In this document: one piece after another, positions 1 through 9,627 of the stretch | Numbering within the stretch: the first letter of the stretch is position 1 | Layout: the number at the start of each line of letters is the position of its first letter | Source: Thermoanaerobaculia bacterium | GTDB lineage: Bacteria; Acidobacteriota; Thermoanaerobaculia; Multivoradales; UBA5704 | Reading direction: 5' to 3' | DNA: 55,423 nt | Assembly: GCA_036521795.1 (NCBI GenBank) | Contig: DATDGZ010000306.1 | Coordinates: forward strand, 1 to 55,423 | Position numbers and translations under genes: made by a program | The notes under the pieces: generated by a model | Database searches by the model: none | Seen by the model: the letters and a program-made list of their open reading frames with translations, nothing else | Told to the model about the DNA's origin: nothing

Positions 1-705
1 CCGGCCCCTGGCGGACTGCGACTCGTTCGGGCTGGCCAGCCTCTCCAGCGCGCCTACCTCCAGCTCGGCACCCTGCTCCTGCTGCGGCCTGGAACCGAGG
101 CCGGGGCGGAGGCCGAGGAGGCCTATACGACAGCCCTCGACGCGTGGCCCTACGCGCACGCGGAGCCGCTGGCGGGGATCGCCGCGGCACGCCTGCGGCG
201 CGAGCGCTACGCCGGCGCGGTGGAAGCCGCCGGCCGGGCGATCATGGCCGGACCCGGCAGCCCGGCAGGTCTGCGGGCGCGCTCCACGATCTGCGTGGCG
301 CGGCAGGCGGGGAACCTGCCCCGAGAGGCCGCGCCGTTGCCGCCGCTGCCCCACGCCCCGGCGGACCCCGCGGCGGGGACAAGCGCCGAGACGGCGCCGC
401 GGGACGAGCCGTCGGGCATCCTGCGTATCGAAGGCGAGGTCGTCAAGCCCAGCAAGCTCTACGCTCCGGCGCCGGTCTACACCGAGATGGCGAGGAAGGC
501 GCGCCTCCAGGGGGTGGTGATCCTGGAGGCGATCCTCGACCAGGACGGTTGCGTCGTGCAGCCGCATATCCTGAAGGGTATGCCCATGGGCCTGGATGGC
601 GCGGCGGTCGCGGCGGTGCGGCAGTGGGTCTTCGCGCCGGCGACGCTCGCCGGCAGGCCGGTGAAGGTCTACTACACTCTCACCGTCACCTTCAGGGTCG
701 AGTAG
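1..705 (+). CDS. TonB C-terminal domain protein with TPR-like N-terminal part (5' end outside window)
   Basis: Frame 1 is open from base 1 ([47 protein letters not shown]-like helices). The C-terminus [39 protein letters not shown]...[14 protein letters not shown] is a typical TonB_C signature. Confidence 0.8.
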   Translation, partial: PAPGGLRLVRAGQPLQRAYLQLGTLLLLRPGTEAGAEAEEAYTTALDAWPYAHAEPLAGIAAARLRRERYAGAVEAAGRAIMAGPGSPAGLRARSTICVARQAGNLPREAAPLPPLPHAPADPAAGTSAETAPRDEPSGILRIEGEVVKPSKLYAPAPVYTEMARKARLQGVVILEAILDQDGCVVQPHILKGMPMGLDGAAVAAVRQWVFAPATLAGRPVKVYYTLTVTFRVE

Positions 706-722
706 CTCCCCGGGGAGGTCGC

Positions 723-3119
723 ATGGCAGGGACGAACGGCGAGGCGGCGCCGTTGGCGCCGGAGCTGCTGCGGCGCATCGACGCCTACTGGCGCGCGGCG
801 AACTATCTCTCGGCCGGGCAGATCTACCTCTTCGACAACCCGCTGCTGCGCGAGCCGCTGCGGCGCGAGCACGTCAAGCCGCGGCTGCTCGGGCACTGGG
901 GCACGACGCCGGGCCAGAACTTCATCTACGTGCATCTGAATCGCATCATCCAGCAGCACGACCTCGACATGATCTATATCGCGGGGCCGGGTCACGGCGG
1001 CCCGGCGGTGGTGGCCAACACCTGGCTCGAGGGCACCTACAGCGAGATCTATCCGGCCGTCTCCCAGGACGAGACCGGCATGAGGACGTTGTTCCGGCAG
1101 TTCTCCTTTCCCGGCGGCATTCCCAGCCACGCGGCGCCGGAGACGCCCGGCTCGATCCACGAGGGCGGCGAGCTGGGGTACTCGCTCAGCCACGCCTTCG
1201 GCGCGGCGTTCGACAACCCGGACCTGATCGTCGCCTGCGTGATCGGCGACGGCGAGGCGGAGACCGGGCCGCTCGCCACGGCCTGGCATTCCAACAAGTT
1301 CCTCGACCCGGCGACCGACGGTGCGGTGCTGCCGATCCTGCACCTCAACGGCTACAAGATCGCCAACCCGGCGGTGCTGGCGCGTATCAGCCGCGAGGAG
1401 CTCGACCAGCTGCTGCGCGGCTACGGCTGGTCGCCGCTCTTCGTCGAGGGGAGCGAGCCCGAGGCGATGCACCGGGCGATGGCCGCCGCGCTGGACGAGA
1501 TGCTGGACGGCATCCGGCGGAGCCAGCGGCAGGCCCGCCACGAGGGCGTCACCGCGCGGCCGCGCTGGCCGGTGCTGGTGCTGGCGACGCCCAAGGGATG
1601 GACGGGGCCGAAAGTGGTCGACGGGCTGCCGGTCGAGGGGACGTTCCGCGCCCACCAGGTGCCGCTCGGCGATCCGGCCGGGAACCCCGAGCACCTGGCG
1701 CAGCTCGACAGCTGGCTGCGGAGCTACCGGCCCGAGGAGCTGTTCGACGAGGCGGGGCGGTTGCGGCCGGAGCTCGCCGCGCTGGCGCCGCGGGGCGAGC
1801 GGCGGATGGGCGCCAACCCGCACGCCAACGGCGGCCTGCTGCTGCGCGATCTCCGGCTGCCCGACTTCCGGGACTACGCGGTTGCAGTGCCCTCGCCAGG
1901 CGCCGCCGACGCCTCGGACACCGAGACCCTGGCAAGGTTCCTGCGCGACGTGGTGAAGCTGAACCGGGAGCAGCGGAACTTCCGGGTGTTCGGGCCGGAC
2001 GAGACTGTCTCCAATCGCCTGGGCGCCATCTTCGAGGCCACCGAGCGGCAGTGGGAGGCGCCGGTGCTGCCGACCGACGAGCACCTCGCCCGCGACGGGC
2101 GGGTGATGGAGGTGCTCAGCGAGCACCAGTGCCAGGGTTGGCTGGAAGGGTACCTGCTGACCGGCAGGCACGGCTTGTTCAACAGCTACGAGGCCTTCAT
2201 CCATATCGTCGACTCGATGTTCAACCAGCACGCGAAGTGGCTGAAGGTGACCCGGGGATTGCCCTGGCGGCGGCAGATCGCTTCGCTCAACTACCTGCTC
2301 GCCTCGCACGTCTGGCGGCAGGACCACAACGGCTTCACCCACCAGGACCCGGGGTTCATCGACCACGTGGTCAACAAGAAGGCGGAGATCGTGCGCGTCT
2401 ACCTGCCTCCCGACGCCAACTGCCTGCTGTCGGTGATGGATCACTGTCTGCGCAGCCGGCACTACGTCAACGTGGTGGTGGCGGGCAAGCACCCGGCGCC
2501 GCAGTGGCTGGGCATGGCCGAGGCCGAGCGGCACTGCGCCGAGGGCATCGGCATCTGGAAGTGGGCGAGCAACGACCTGGGCTTCGAGCCCGACGTGGTG
2601 ATGGCCTGCGCCGGCGACGTGCCGACGCTCGAGACGCTGGCCGCCGTCGCGATGCTGCGCCGGTCGCTGCCGGAGCTCAAGGTGCGGGTGGTGAACGTCG
2701 TCGACCTGATGAAGCTGCAACCCGGCAGCGAGCACCCGCACGGGCTCGACGACCGGGACTTCGACGCCCTCTTCACCAGGGACCGGCCGGTCATCTTCGC
2801 TTATCACGGCTATCCGTGGCTGATCCATCGGCTGACCTACCGGCGGACCAACCACCCGAACCTGCACGTCCGCGGGTACAAGGAAGAAGGGACGATCACC
2901 ACGCCTTTCGACATGACGGTCCTGAACGACCTCGACCGCTTCCACCTGGTCCAGGACGTGGTCGACCGCCTGCCCCAGCTCGGCGCCAGGGGGGCCTACC
3001 TCAAGCAGGAAGCGCAGGACCGGCTGGTCGATCACCGCCGCTACATCGTCACCCACGGCGAGGACATGCCCGAGATCCGCCACTGGCGGTGGGACGGGGC
3101 GCCGGCCGCGGGTCGATGA
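723..3119 (+). CDS. xfp: Xylulose-5-phosphate/fructose-6-phosphate phosphoketolase
   Basis: Homology starts at [42 protein letters not shown]. Further motifs are [33 protein letters not shown] and GDGEAETGP (TPP binding). Length is about 798 aa. The track ORF's upstream extension (144-722) overlaps the TonB gene and is Arg/Gly junk. Confidence 0.95.
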   Translation: MAGTNGEAAPLAPELLRRIDAYWRAANYLSAGQIYLFDNPLLREPLRREHVKPRLLGHWGTTPGQNFIYVHLNRIIQQHDLDMIYIAGPGHGGPAVVANTWLEGTYSEIYPAVSQDETGMRTLFRQFSFPGGIPSHAAPETPGSIHEGGELGYSLSHAFGAAFDNPDLIVACVIGDGEAETGPLATAWHSNKFLDPATDGAVLPILHLNGYKIANPAVLARISREELDQLLRGYGWSPLFVEGSEPEAMHRAMAAALDEMLDGIRRSQRQARHEGVTARPRWPVLVLATPKGWTGPKVVDGLPVEGTFRAHQVPLGDPAGNPEHLAQLDSWLRSYRPEELFDEAGRLRPELAALAPRGERRMGANPHANGGLLLRDLRLPDFRDYAVAVPSPGAADASDTETLARFLRDVVKLNREQRNFRVFGPDETVSNRLGAIFEATERQWEAPVLPTDEHLARDGRVMEVLSEHQCQGWLEGYLLTGRHGLFNSYEAFIHIVDSMFNQHAKWLKVTRGLPWRRQIASLNYLLASHVWRQDHNGFTHQDPGFIDHVVNKKAEIVRVYLPPDANCLLSVMDHCLRSRHYVNVVVAGKHPAPQWLGMAEAERHCAEGIGIWKWASNDLGFEPDVVMACAGDVPTLETLAAVAMLRRSLPELKVRVVNVVDLMKLQPGSEHPHGLDDRDFDALFTRDRPVIFAYHGYPWLIHRLTYRRTNHPNLHVRGYKEEGTITTPFDMTVLNDLDRFHLVQDVVDRLPQLGARGAYLKQEAQDRLVDHRRYIVTHGEDMPEIRHWRWDGAPAAGR

Positions 3120-3137
3120 CTCTATGATCCGCTCATC

Positions 3138-4895
3138 ATGACCGCTCCATCGGCCGCGGGCGAAGGCTCCGGCACCGGTGCCGGAGCCATGCGGCGGCAG
3201 CGCGCGGCGTGGCTGGCGCTGCTGGGCGCGCTGTCGGCGTGGGGCGGATGGCTCATCTTCAGAACGTCGTTCGTGCTCGACGGCCGGCGGGTGTTCTGCC
3301 TGTTCGACGACGCCATGATCTCGATGACCTACGCGCGCAACCTGGTCGAGGGCTGGGGCCTCAACTGGGCGCGGCAGGGGGCGCCGGTCGAGGGCTTCTC
3401 CCATCCGCTGTGGACGGCGCTGATGGTGCCGGTGAACCTGCTGCCGATCGCGCTCGACCGCCGCGGCCTGGTATTGCAGATCGTGGCGCTCGCGCTGCTG
3501 CTGCTGCACGTGGCTCTCGTGCGGCGGCTGGTGCTGCGCCACTTCACGCGGCCGGGGGCGCGCCACTGGGCGCCGGCGTGCGTGCTGACCGCCTTCTACC
3601 TGCCGCTCGCCCACTGGGCCCTGATCGGTATGGAGACCGGCCTGCAGGCGGTGCTGACCACCGGCATGGTCCTGCTGGCGCTCGACATCGTGCACGGGCG
3701 GCGGGACCGCCACCTGGCACTGTTCGCGGTGTGCACGCTGGCGGTGCTGACGCGCCTGGACATGGCGCCGCTGGTGGTCGCGGTGCAGGCGTGGGTGATC
3801 GCACACGGCGGGCTGCGGCGCGGCGGGCCGCGGGCGGGGCGGCATTGGCTGCTGGGGGCGGCACTGCTGGCGGCGGCGGTGGGCGGCTATGAGCTCTTCC
3901 GCTGGGTCTACTTCCACGACCTGCTGCCGAACACCTACTACCTCAAGCTGGGCGGCATCCCGCTGGCGGTGCGGCTGCTGCAGGGGCTGAGCACGATGCT
4001 CGCGACGTGGCGGGCGCACTGGCCGCTGCTGCTGGCGGTGGGCGTCGGCATCGCGCCGCTGGCGCTGCCCGCCGCCGGCGCGCGCCGCGACCGGGAGTGG
4101 GGCAGCCGGCTGGCGCTGCCGGCGATGCTCTTCGTGCTCTGCTGCGCCTACAGCGTCTACGTCGGCGGCGATGCGTGGGAGGAGGAGGTGACGGCCAACC
4201 GCTTCGTCGCCTTCGCGATGCCGCAGGTCTTCGTGCTGTTCAATGCGCTCGTCAACCAGGCCCTGGCGGCGGCCCATCGGCGGCTGAGGCGGCTGAGGAG
4301 CCGGCGGCGGCTCCGGCGCGGCGAGCCGCTCCCGCTGCGCTACGCGCTGCTGGCGGCGACCGTGGCCGCGCTGCTGGCGGCCAACGGGCTATGGGGGCAA
4401 GATGACCTCGAGGAGAGCTGGAAGACGTTCACCGCGGTGAACCGCCCGACTCACGCGGATCGGTACGCGGCGCTACTCGACCTGGTGCACCAGCTGCAGC
4501 GCATCGCCGAGCCCGCCGCCTCGGTGGCTGTGGTCTGGGCGGGCACCCCTGCCTACTTCAGCGACTTCCGGATGGTCGACACCCTGGGCTACAACGACCG
4601 CCGCATCGCGCACGGCAAGCCCGCCAGCCAGCTCGACGAAGACAGCTTCGGGGACTACGTTCCCGGTCACGTGAAGTGGGACTACCGCTACCTGCTGGAC
4701 GTGCGCCGGCCCGACGCCGTCCTGCAGCTCTGGGGAGACGTGGACGCCGTGGTGCCGATGCTGCGCGCGCACGGCTACCGGCGTGCCGGCGACCTGTGGC
4801 TCGACACCGCCTCTCCTTGGATCCACCTCACCCCCGAGGCGGCCGCCGCGCTCGACAGCGGACCGGACCCGGGGCAGGAGGCCGGGAAGGAATGA
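3138..4895 (+). CDS. Polytopic membrane protein, GT-C-type glycosyltransferase-like (arabinofuranosyltransferase-like)
   Basis: Many hydrophobic helices. The N-terminal motif FCLFDDAMISMTYARNLVEGWGLNW resembles the DDAxIS(F/M)xYARNL motif I associate with GT-C-like membrane transferases. The function is not secure. Confidence 0.55.
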   Translation: MTAPSAAGEGSGTGAGAMRRQRAAWLALLGALSAWGGWLIFRTSFVLDGRRVFCLFDDAMISMTYARNLVEGWGLNWARQGAPVEGFSHPLWTALMVPVNLLPIALDRRGLVLQIVALALLLLHVALVRRLVLRHFTRPGARHWAPACVLTAFYLPLAHWALIGMETGLQAVLTTGMVLLALDIVHGRRDRHLALFAVCTLAVLTRLDMAPLVVAVQAWVIAHGGLRRGGPRAGRHWLLGAALLAAAVGGYELFRWVYFHDLLPNTYYLKLGGIPLAVRLLQGLSTMLATWRAHWPLLLAVGVGIAPLALPAAGARRDREWGSRLALPAMLFVLCCAYSVYVGGDAWEEEVTANRFVAFAMPQVFVLFNALVNQALAAAHRRLRRLRSRRRLRRGEPLPLRYALLAATVAALLAANGLWGQDDLEESWKTFTAVNRPTHADRYAALLDLVHQLQRIAEPAASVAVVWAGTPAYFSDFRMVDTLGYNDRRIAHGKPASQLDEDSFGDYVPGHVKWDYRYLLDVRRPDAVLQLWGDVDAVVPMLRAHGYRRAGDLWLDTASPWIHLTPEAAAALDSGPDPGQEAGKE

Positions 4896-4912
4896 AAGCG
4901 GAGTGAAAGCGG

Positions 4913-7900
4913 CTATTCCCGGGACGAGCTGTTGCCGCCGCTGCCCCCTGCCGCCGGCGGAGCGCCCGGCTTGACGAGGAGGGCCGGGTCGCCCAGCAGC
5001 TCGTAGATGCGGAGCACGTCGGGGTTCCCGCCCGCGGCGGCAAAGTCGCGCAGGGTGCGCTGGATGACGTCGCCCAGCCGCTGCGGGCTCGTCCCCTGGC
5101 CCCGTCCCAGCTCGAGGTAGAACTTCTGGCCGAGCAGCTTGGCGGCGTCCGAGACGGAAACGCCAGTCGGAGCCCACACGGCCGCCGCGGCGCCGCTCGG
5201 CTGCGCCACGAAGGCCGAGCCGAGCGACAGGAAGCCCGGGATCTCGAAGCGGTTGATGGTGCAGGTGAGGGCGGTCAGGATCGGCTGCCGGGGACCGTTG
5301 GTCAACCCGGCCGCATCGCTCGCCAGCAGCAGCCCGGAGGAGCTCAACTGGTTCAGCCCGCCGTGGCCGACGTAATTGACCAGGCCGACGCCGCTCTGCA
5401 AGTCCGCCAGCAGGGTCGGTCGCGCACCCGCGGGCGGTGGCGAGTCGAGGTCGATGCGCTCGGCCTGGTGGAAAGGCGGCAGGTCGCCCAGGATCGCGCT
5501 GCTGTCGTTGGCGAAGTTCTCGGAGCTGTCGGAGACGAGAACGGCGCGGCTGCTCCAGGCGGCCGGTGTGGCCGCCTCGTAGGCCTCGATCTTCTGCACC
5601 AGGTTGTGCAGGTCGGCGTTGGTGCCGACCGGCAACCGGCCGATCGCGGTGTCGGGGATGCCGGTCCCGAAGATGTCGGCGAAGGCGTTGTCGGACGCGA
5701 ACAGGCCGTACGCGGTCGCGATCATCAACGGTGGCACGAGGTTGCCGCCGAGCCCGAGATTGTTCTTGTAGTCGAGGGTCCCCGTGCCCGCCAGCACGAC
5801 ATAGCGGGGCGCCGGGTTCCAGTACGAGTGCGCATAGGCCAAGAAGTCATGGATCGCGTGCGGGTCCTGCAGACCGCCCGTCATCTCGTCGTAGATGTTC
5901 TGGACGTCGAGGACCATCGTCTTGAAGCCCTGGCTGGCGCGGTAGCTCGCCAGCTCCTGGGCGGCGGGCAGCAGCGCTTGCGGGGCGATGACCAGGACGT
6001 CGGCGCCGAGGGCAGGGGTGCGCAGCGGCATCGGCGACTCGGCCACGATCGAGTCCGGGAGCCGCCAGGAGGCGCCGCTGGCCGCGAAGTAAGGTGTCTG
6101 GGGAGATGCCGGCTGGAAGGAGACCTCGAAGCCGCCGCCGGGCGCGGAAGTCACCGCGGGTCCCGACAACCAGACGGGATGCGTCGGGTCGGTCAGATCG
6201 AAGACGTGGGTGCGCGGCGCCGTGAAGCCGCCGACGGTCACCGACGGGTTGCCGCCGCCCTGCACGAGCAGGGCGTTCATGCTCGTCTGGTAGAGCCGCT
6301 GGTAGGCGAGGTCGAAACTCTGGAGATACCAGTAGCTGTACGGGACCCCGGGGCCCAGCTCGGCGGTGACCTGGACGCTGTTGGCGCCCGGCCGCAGCAG
6401 GGCCCCGTTGAAGGGCAGATCGAGGGTCTGGGCCGTCGCGCCCGTCCACTGCGCGCCGCCGATCGGCGTGCCGTTGAGGGAGACCAGGGCCTGGTGCTCG
6501 TCGACGATCCCCGTGGCGCTCGCTCCCTGCACGTTCAACCGCAGGTGGGCGGTCTGGCCGATGTTGTTCGCGGCCTCGGCGCTGAGCGGGAAGGTCTGCG
6601 AGCCGAGCTGAGGATCGCCGGCGATGAGGCTCGCCCAGTACCAATAGTCCGAATCCGGGTTCGTCGCGAGGACCGTGGCGGCGAAGGTCTCCTGCTCGGC
6701 GTGCGCGCTGTAGGCGAAGCTCTCTCCGGGAAGCGGTGGAGCGGGAGAGAGGTACCGGGCGCTCATCCAGGTCCCGGGGGAGGCGCTCAAGTGATAGACG
6801 TTCTGGGCGGTGAAGATGCTCTGCGGCGCCTGGCCGTAGAAGATGATCCCGGACCATTCAGGCGCCCAGATGGTGGCCGGGAACCAGGCGATCTCCGCTC
6901 CGGCGTTGGTCAAGCGGAGCTGCTGCGAGGCGATGAGCCCCTGGACGACCGGCAGGCTGAGGCCGAGGCCCGAGGCGATCTGCGCCGCCGGGACGGCGTA
7001 GATGCCGGAGTCGTGCACCCGGAGCGCCAGGAGCTGCGCGGACCCGCCGCCCTGAACGGCGGCGGCGGCCAGCGCGCGGTCCTGCTCGGAGGCCAGCAGC
7101 GGCGGCATTGCCGGAGCCAAGGGCGCCTGCGGCGGATGAGGCACGCGGTCGAAGCCTTGCTCCGGCAGGGCCGGGCGATCGGGAGCGAAGTCCGCGGCCG
7201 CCACGTCGAGATCGAAGGGTCCCAGGACCAGCCGGTCGCTATGCCGGGCGGTCGTCACGTGCTCGACGATGAGGTAGCGCTCGGTCGCTCGCGAGCCCGT
7301 CGTGCGGTCGAGGACCCGGTAGTGACCGCCCTGCGTGGCGGTGAGCATGGCCGGCACGGGATTCTCGTTGACGAGGATGTAGCGCCCCTCGCGCGGCTCC
7401 CAGCGCAGCAGGTCGAAGGCGACCGTCCCCACCTCCGAATGGGAGTCCCACTCGACGACCACGCCGCCGCGGTCGCCCTGCCGCGCATGGACGTCCGCGA
7501 CCACGACGGGCGTGATGACGGACTGGGTCGCGGCGAGCTCGCAGAGCGGCCCGAAGGTCAGGGTGGCGCGCGCCTGGGTGGTGTTGCCAGTCTCGTCGAC
7601 CCAGACCCCCTTCGTGCCGTTGCCCGAGGCGACCGTGCCGACCACCGGGATCCTCTGGTTGGCCGAGGTGGGCGTCACCTTCACCTGGTAGGTGAGCAGC
7701 GCGGTGGTCGCCGCGGCGACGGTTCCCGGGTTCCAGGTGACGTTGCCGGTGCCGCCGACCGCGGGCTGTGCGGTGATCGTCCCCTGGGTCACGGCGGCGT
7801 TGCCGTTGTAAACGAGATTGGCGACCGGGCCAGGGACGTTGACAGTCACCAGGTTGGTGGCGGAGAAGGTGATGGCGGAGGCCGTCGGGTTGACCACCTG

Positions 7901-9271
7901 GACGGTGATCACCAGGGTGGTCGTCTGGTTCACCACCGGCGGGTTCGGGCCGCCCGCGCCGCCGTTGAACAAGTAGGTCACCTCCTGCTCCATGTAGGGC
8001 TTGACCGGCGTCCCCAGGGAATCGGTGGGGAGGTAGACGCGGAAAGTGTTGGCGGAGGGGGCGTTATCGGTGGGCGCGCAGCCTTGCCCGCCCGAGACCT
8101 CGGTGCAGGTGGCGACGTTGGAGTTGGCGATCTCGATGTTGGCGTAGTTGCCGTTGAAGCCGTTCTGGTTGGTGAAGTTGGTAATGGTCGCCGACATGGT
8201 CCAGATGCCGTAGTCGGTGGCGCTGTTGTCGGTGGTCCACCCGGTGACGGTATTCGTAGTCCACGCGTCGTTGATGGAGAGGGAGGTGTTGGCGATGTTC
8301 TTGGTGAACAGGGTCTGGGGGGCGGTGCTGGGGCTGGTGAAGGAGATCGAACCGACTGTCTGTGTGGCGCCGCCGTTGGTGTTGTTGAGGTCGTAGTCGA
8401 AGTCGTTCTCCAGGAAGGAGCAGCCGGACGTGATGTAGGGGTAGAGGGCGTAGGTCTTGGTGCCGGCGGTGCCGCTGGCGGTCGGGTTCTGGCCGAGCTG
8501 CGTATGCGCGGAGTAGTAGACCGGCAGTTCGATCGGCGCATGCGTGCCTTCCGGCTGACCAGAGCCTTCGTCGGCTGCGATGCCAAAGGCGTTGACGTCG
8601 TCCTCGGTGCCGCCAGTCTGCACGTCGGCGCCCTGATCGACGTCCAACTCCCAATGCCCGTTCGCGATCGGAGTGGTGGTGGTGTTGAACAGCGTCGACC
8701 AAGCGTTGAAGTTGCAGAAAGCGGGAGTGGTGCTGCCCCCGGTGCAGGTCTGCGTTGCCACCGTTGTACCTGCGGGATTGATCAACGTGTACTTGACGTT
8801 GCTGGTGAAGCCGCCAGTGTGCTTGGTGCGGTCGCGTTGGGCGGTCGCCTCATTGTTTCCCTGCGAGGCGAAGCCCGCTCCGAACCCAGCATCGAAGATC
8901 GAAACCCGCAGCCGCGCGAGACCGGCCGGCACTTCGATGAAGTAGCGGTAGAAGGTGGCATGTGCGACGCTGCCGAGGCCGTTCCCCTGCAGGCAGCCCG
9001 GCGCTGGCGGGGTGGGCGTGTCGCAGGTGGTATTGGTGGTGGTGGTGTTGGAGCTGATGAAATCGCCAAACTGAACCTGGCCGCCCGCGCCCTGCGGCAT
9101 GAAGAGCCCGGTGGCGGTCGTCGAGGTGGCGCCGCTGGGACCGGTGCCCCCGGCGTGCGCGAGGGGCGCGGCGGCGGGAGCCATGGCCAGGACCGTCAAG
9201 CACACGGCGATCCGGATGCTTGGCGCGCATCGGGTCCAGCTTGGATGCAAGCGGTGCGTCTGAAGACTCAT
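4913..9271 (-). CDS. Giant secreted peptidase C25 (gingipain-like cysteine peptidase) family protein
   Basis: 1452 aa. The N-terminal signal peptide is IRIAVCLTVLAMAPAAAPLAHA. Long Thr/Asn/Gly-rich beta-type regions follow. The C-terminal third looks like C25: VLVIAPQALLPAAQELASYRASQGFKTMVLDVQNIYDE, YVVLAGTGTLDYKN, NYVGHGG (His) and ILTALTCTINRF (Cys). Confidence 0.8.
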   Translation of the reverse strand: MSLQTHRLHPSWTRCAPSIRIAVCLTVLAMAPAAAPLAHAGGTGPSGATSTTATGLFMPQGAGGQVQFGDFISSNTTTTNTTCDTPTPPAPGCLQGNGLGSVAHATFYRYFIEVPAGLARLRVSIFDAGFGAGFASQGNNEATAQRDRTKHTGGFTSNVKYTLINPAGTTVATQTCTGGSTTPAFCNFNAWSTLFNTTTTPIANGHWELDVDQGADVQTGGTEDDVNAFGIAADEGSGQPEGTHAPIELPVYYSAHTQLGQNPTASGTAGTKTYALYPYITSGCSFLENDFDYDLNNTNGGATQTVGSISFTSPSTAPQTLFTKNIANTSLSINDAWTTNTVTGWTTDNSATDYGIWTMSATITNFTNQNGFNGNYANIEIANSNVATCTEVSGGQGCAPTDNAPSANTFRVYLPTDSLGTPVKPYMEQEVTYLFNGGAGGPNPPVVNQTTTLVITVQVVNPTASAITFSATNLVTVNVPGPVANLVYNGNAAVTQGTITAQPAVGGTGNVTWNPGTVAAATTALLTYQVKVTPTSANQRIPVVGTVASGNGTKGVWVDETGNTTQARATLTFGPLCELAATQSVITPVVVADVHARQGDRGGVVVEWDSHSEVGTVAFDLLRWEPREGRYILVNENPVPAMLTATQGGHYRVLDRTTGSRATERYLIVEHVTTARHSDRLVLGPFDLDVAAADFAPDRPALPEQGFDRVPHPPQAPLAPAMPPLLASEQDRALAAAAVQGGGSAQLLALRVHDSGIYAVPAAQIASGLGLSLPVVQGLIASQQLRLTNAGAEIAWFPATIWAPEWSGIIFYGQAPQSIFTAQNVYHLSASPGTWMSARYLSPAPPLPGESFAYSAHAEQETFAATVLATNPDSDYWYWASLIAGDPQLGSQTFPLSAEAANNIGQTAHLRLNVQGASATGIVDEHQALVSLNGTPIGGAQWTGATAQTLDLPFNGALLRPGANSVQVTAELGPGVPYSYWYLQSFDLAYQRLYQTSMNALLVQGGGNPSVTVGGFTAPRTHVFDLTDPTHPVWLSGPAVTSAPGGGFEVSFQPASPQTPYFAASGASWRLPDSIVAESPMPLRTPALGADVLVIAPQALLPAAQELASYRASQGFKTMVLDVQNIYDEMTGGLQDPHAIHDFLAYAHSYWNPAPRYVVLAGTGTLDYKNNLGLGGNLVPPLMIATAYGLFASDNAFADIFGTGIPDTAIGRLPVGTNADLHNLVQKIEAYEAATPAAWSSRAVLVSDSSENFANDSSAILGDLPPFHQAERIDLDSPPPAGARPTLLADLQSGVGLVNYVGHGGLNQLSSSGLLLASDAAGLTNGPRQPILTALTCTINRFEIPGFLSLGSAFVAQPSGAAAAVWAPTGVSVSDAAKLLGQKFYLELGRGQGTSPQRLGDVIQRTLRDFAAAGGNPDVLRIYELLGDPALLVKPGAPPAAGGSGGNSSSRE

Positions 9272-9627
9272 CGAAACCTCCCACCAGGACCTCTGCCTGC
9301 GATCAGCGTCTCGAACCGCGGAGCCGGCTGGGGCCCTGCGGCCCCCATTGCCCCACCCTCCCAGGGATCATGGGAATCGCGGGTAAGTGTAGCACAGTTC
9401 CTGTTGCAGCCGGCGGGGTGTCGCCGGTGGATATCTTATTCTAAAGTGCAGATACCACGATGCTTGGAGGCGGGCCGAGTGCACGGTGCCGCGCTGCCGG
9501 TGCCGGTGGCGTTGCCCTCGTTCGAGGTGATGAAGTCGCCGGATTGCACCTGTGGCGACGGCGCAGGAGGCGCGAGCGCAACCGAGGGAGCGCTCGCGCC
9601 GCGGCCGCCACGATCGTCAACCTTTCG

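Noticed and set aside
144-722. N-terminal extension of the phosphoketolase ORF (the track start at 144 gives 991 aa).
   Set aside because: The first 193 residues are Arg/Gly junk and overlap the TonB-C gene in another frame. Phosphoketolase similarity begins at the Met at 723, giving a normal length of about 798 aa.
672-4277. Very long antisense ORFs in the track: 672..4277(-), 5363..9847(+), 18807..21734(-), 18935..21805(+), 22764..25739(-), 28980..31145(+), 31256..33745(+, 5' part), 40472..42841(-, 5' part), 43526..45574(-), 47424..50033(-) and many shorter ones.
   Set aside because: Their translations are Arg/Gly/Ala/Pro-rich low-complexity strings typical of off-frame reading of about 70% G+C DNA, where stop codons are rare. 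In every case the opposite or another frame encodes a protein with clear family motifs. Only the parts listed as features (for example 33245..33745 and 40472..41134) look coding.
4893-4920. Direct repeat TGAAAGCGG x2 in the 17-nt gap between the convergent GT-C-like and C25 genes.
   Set aside because: It is only 9 bp x2 and overlaps the stop-codon region of the GT-C-like gene. It has no hairpin potential and is too small to interpret.
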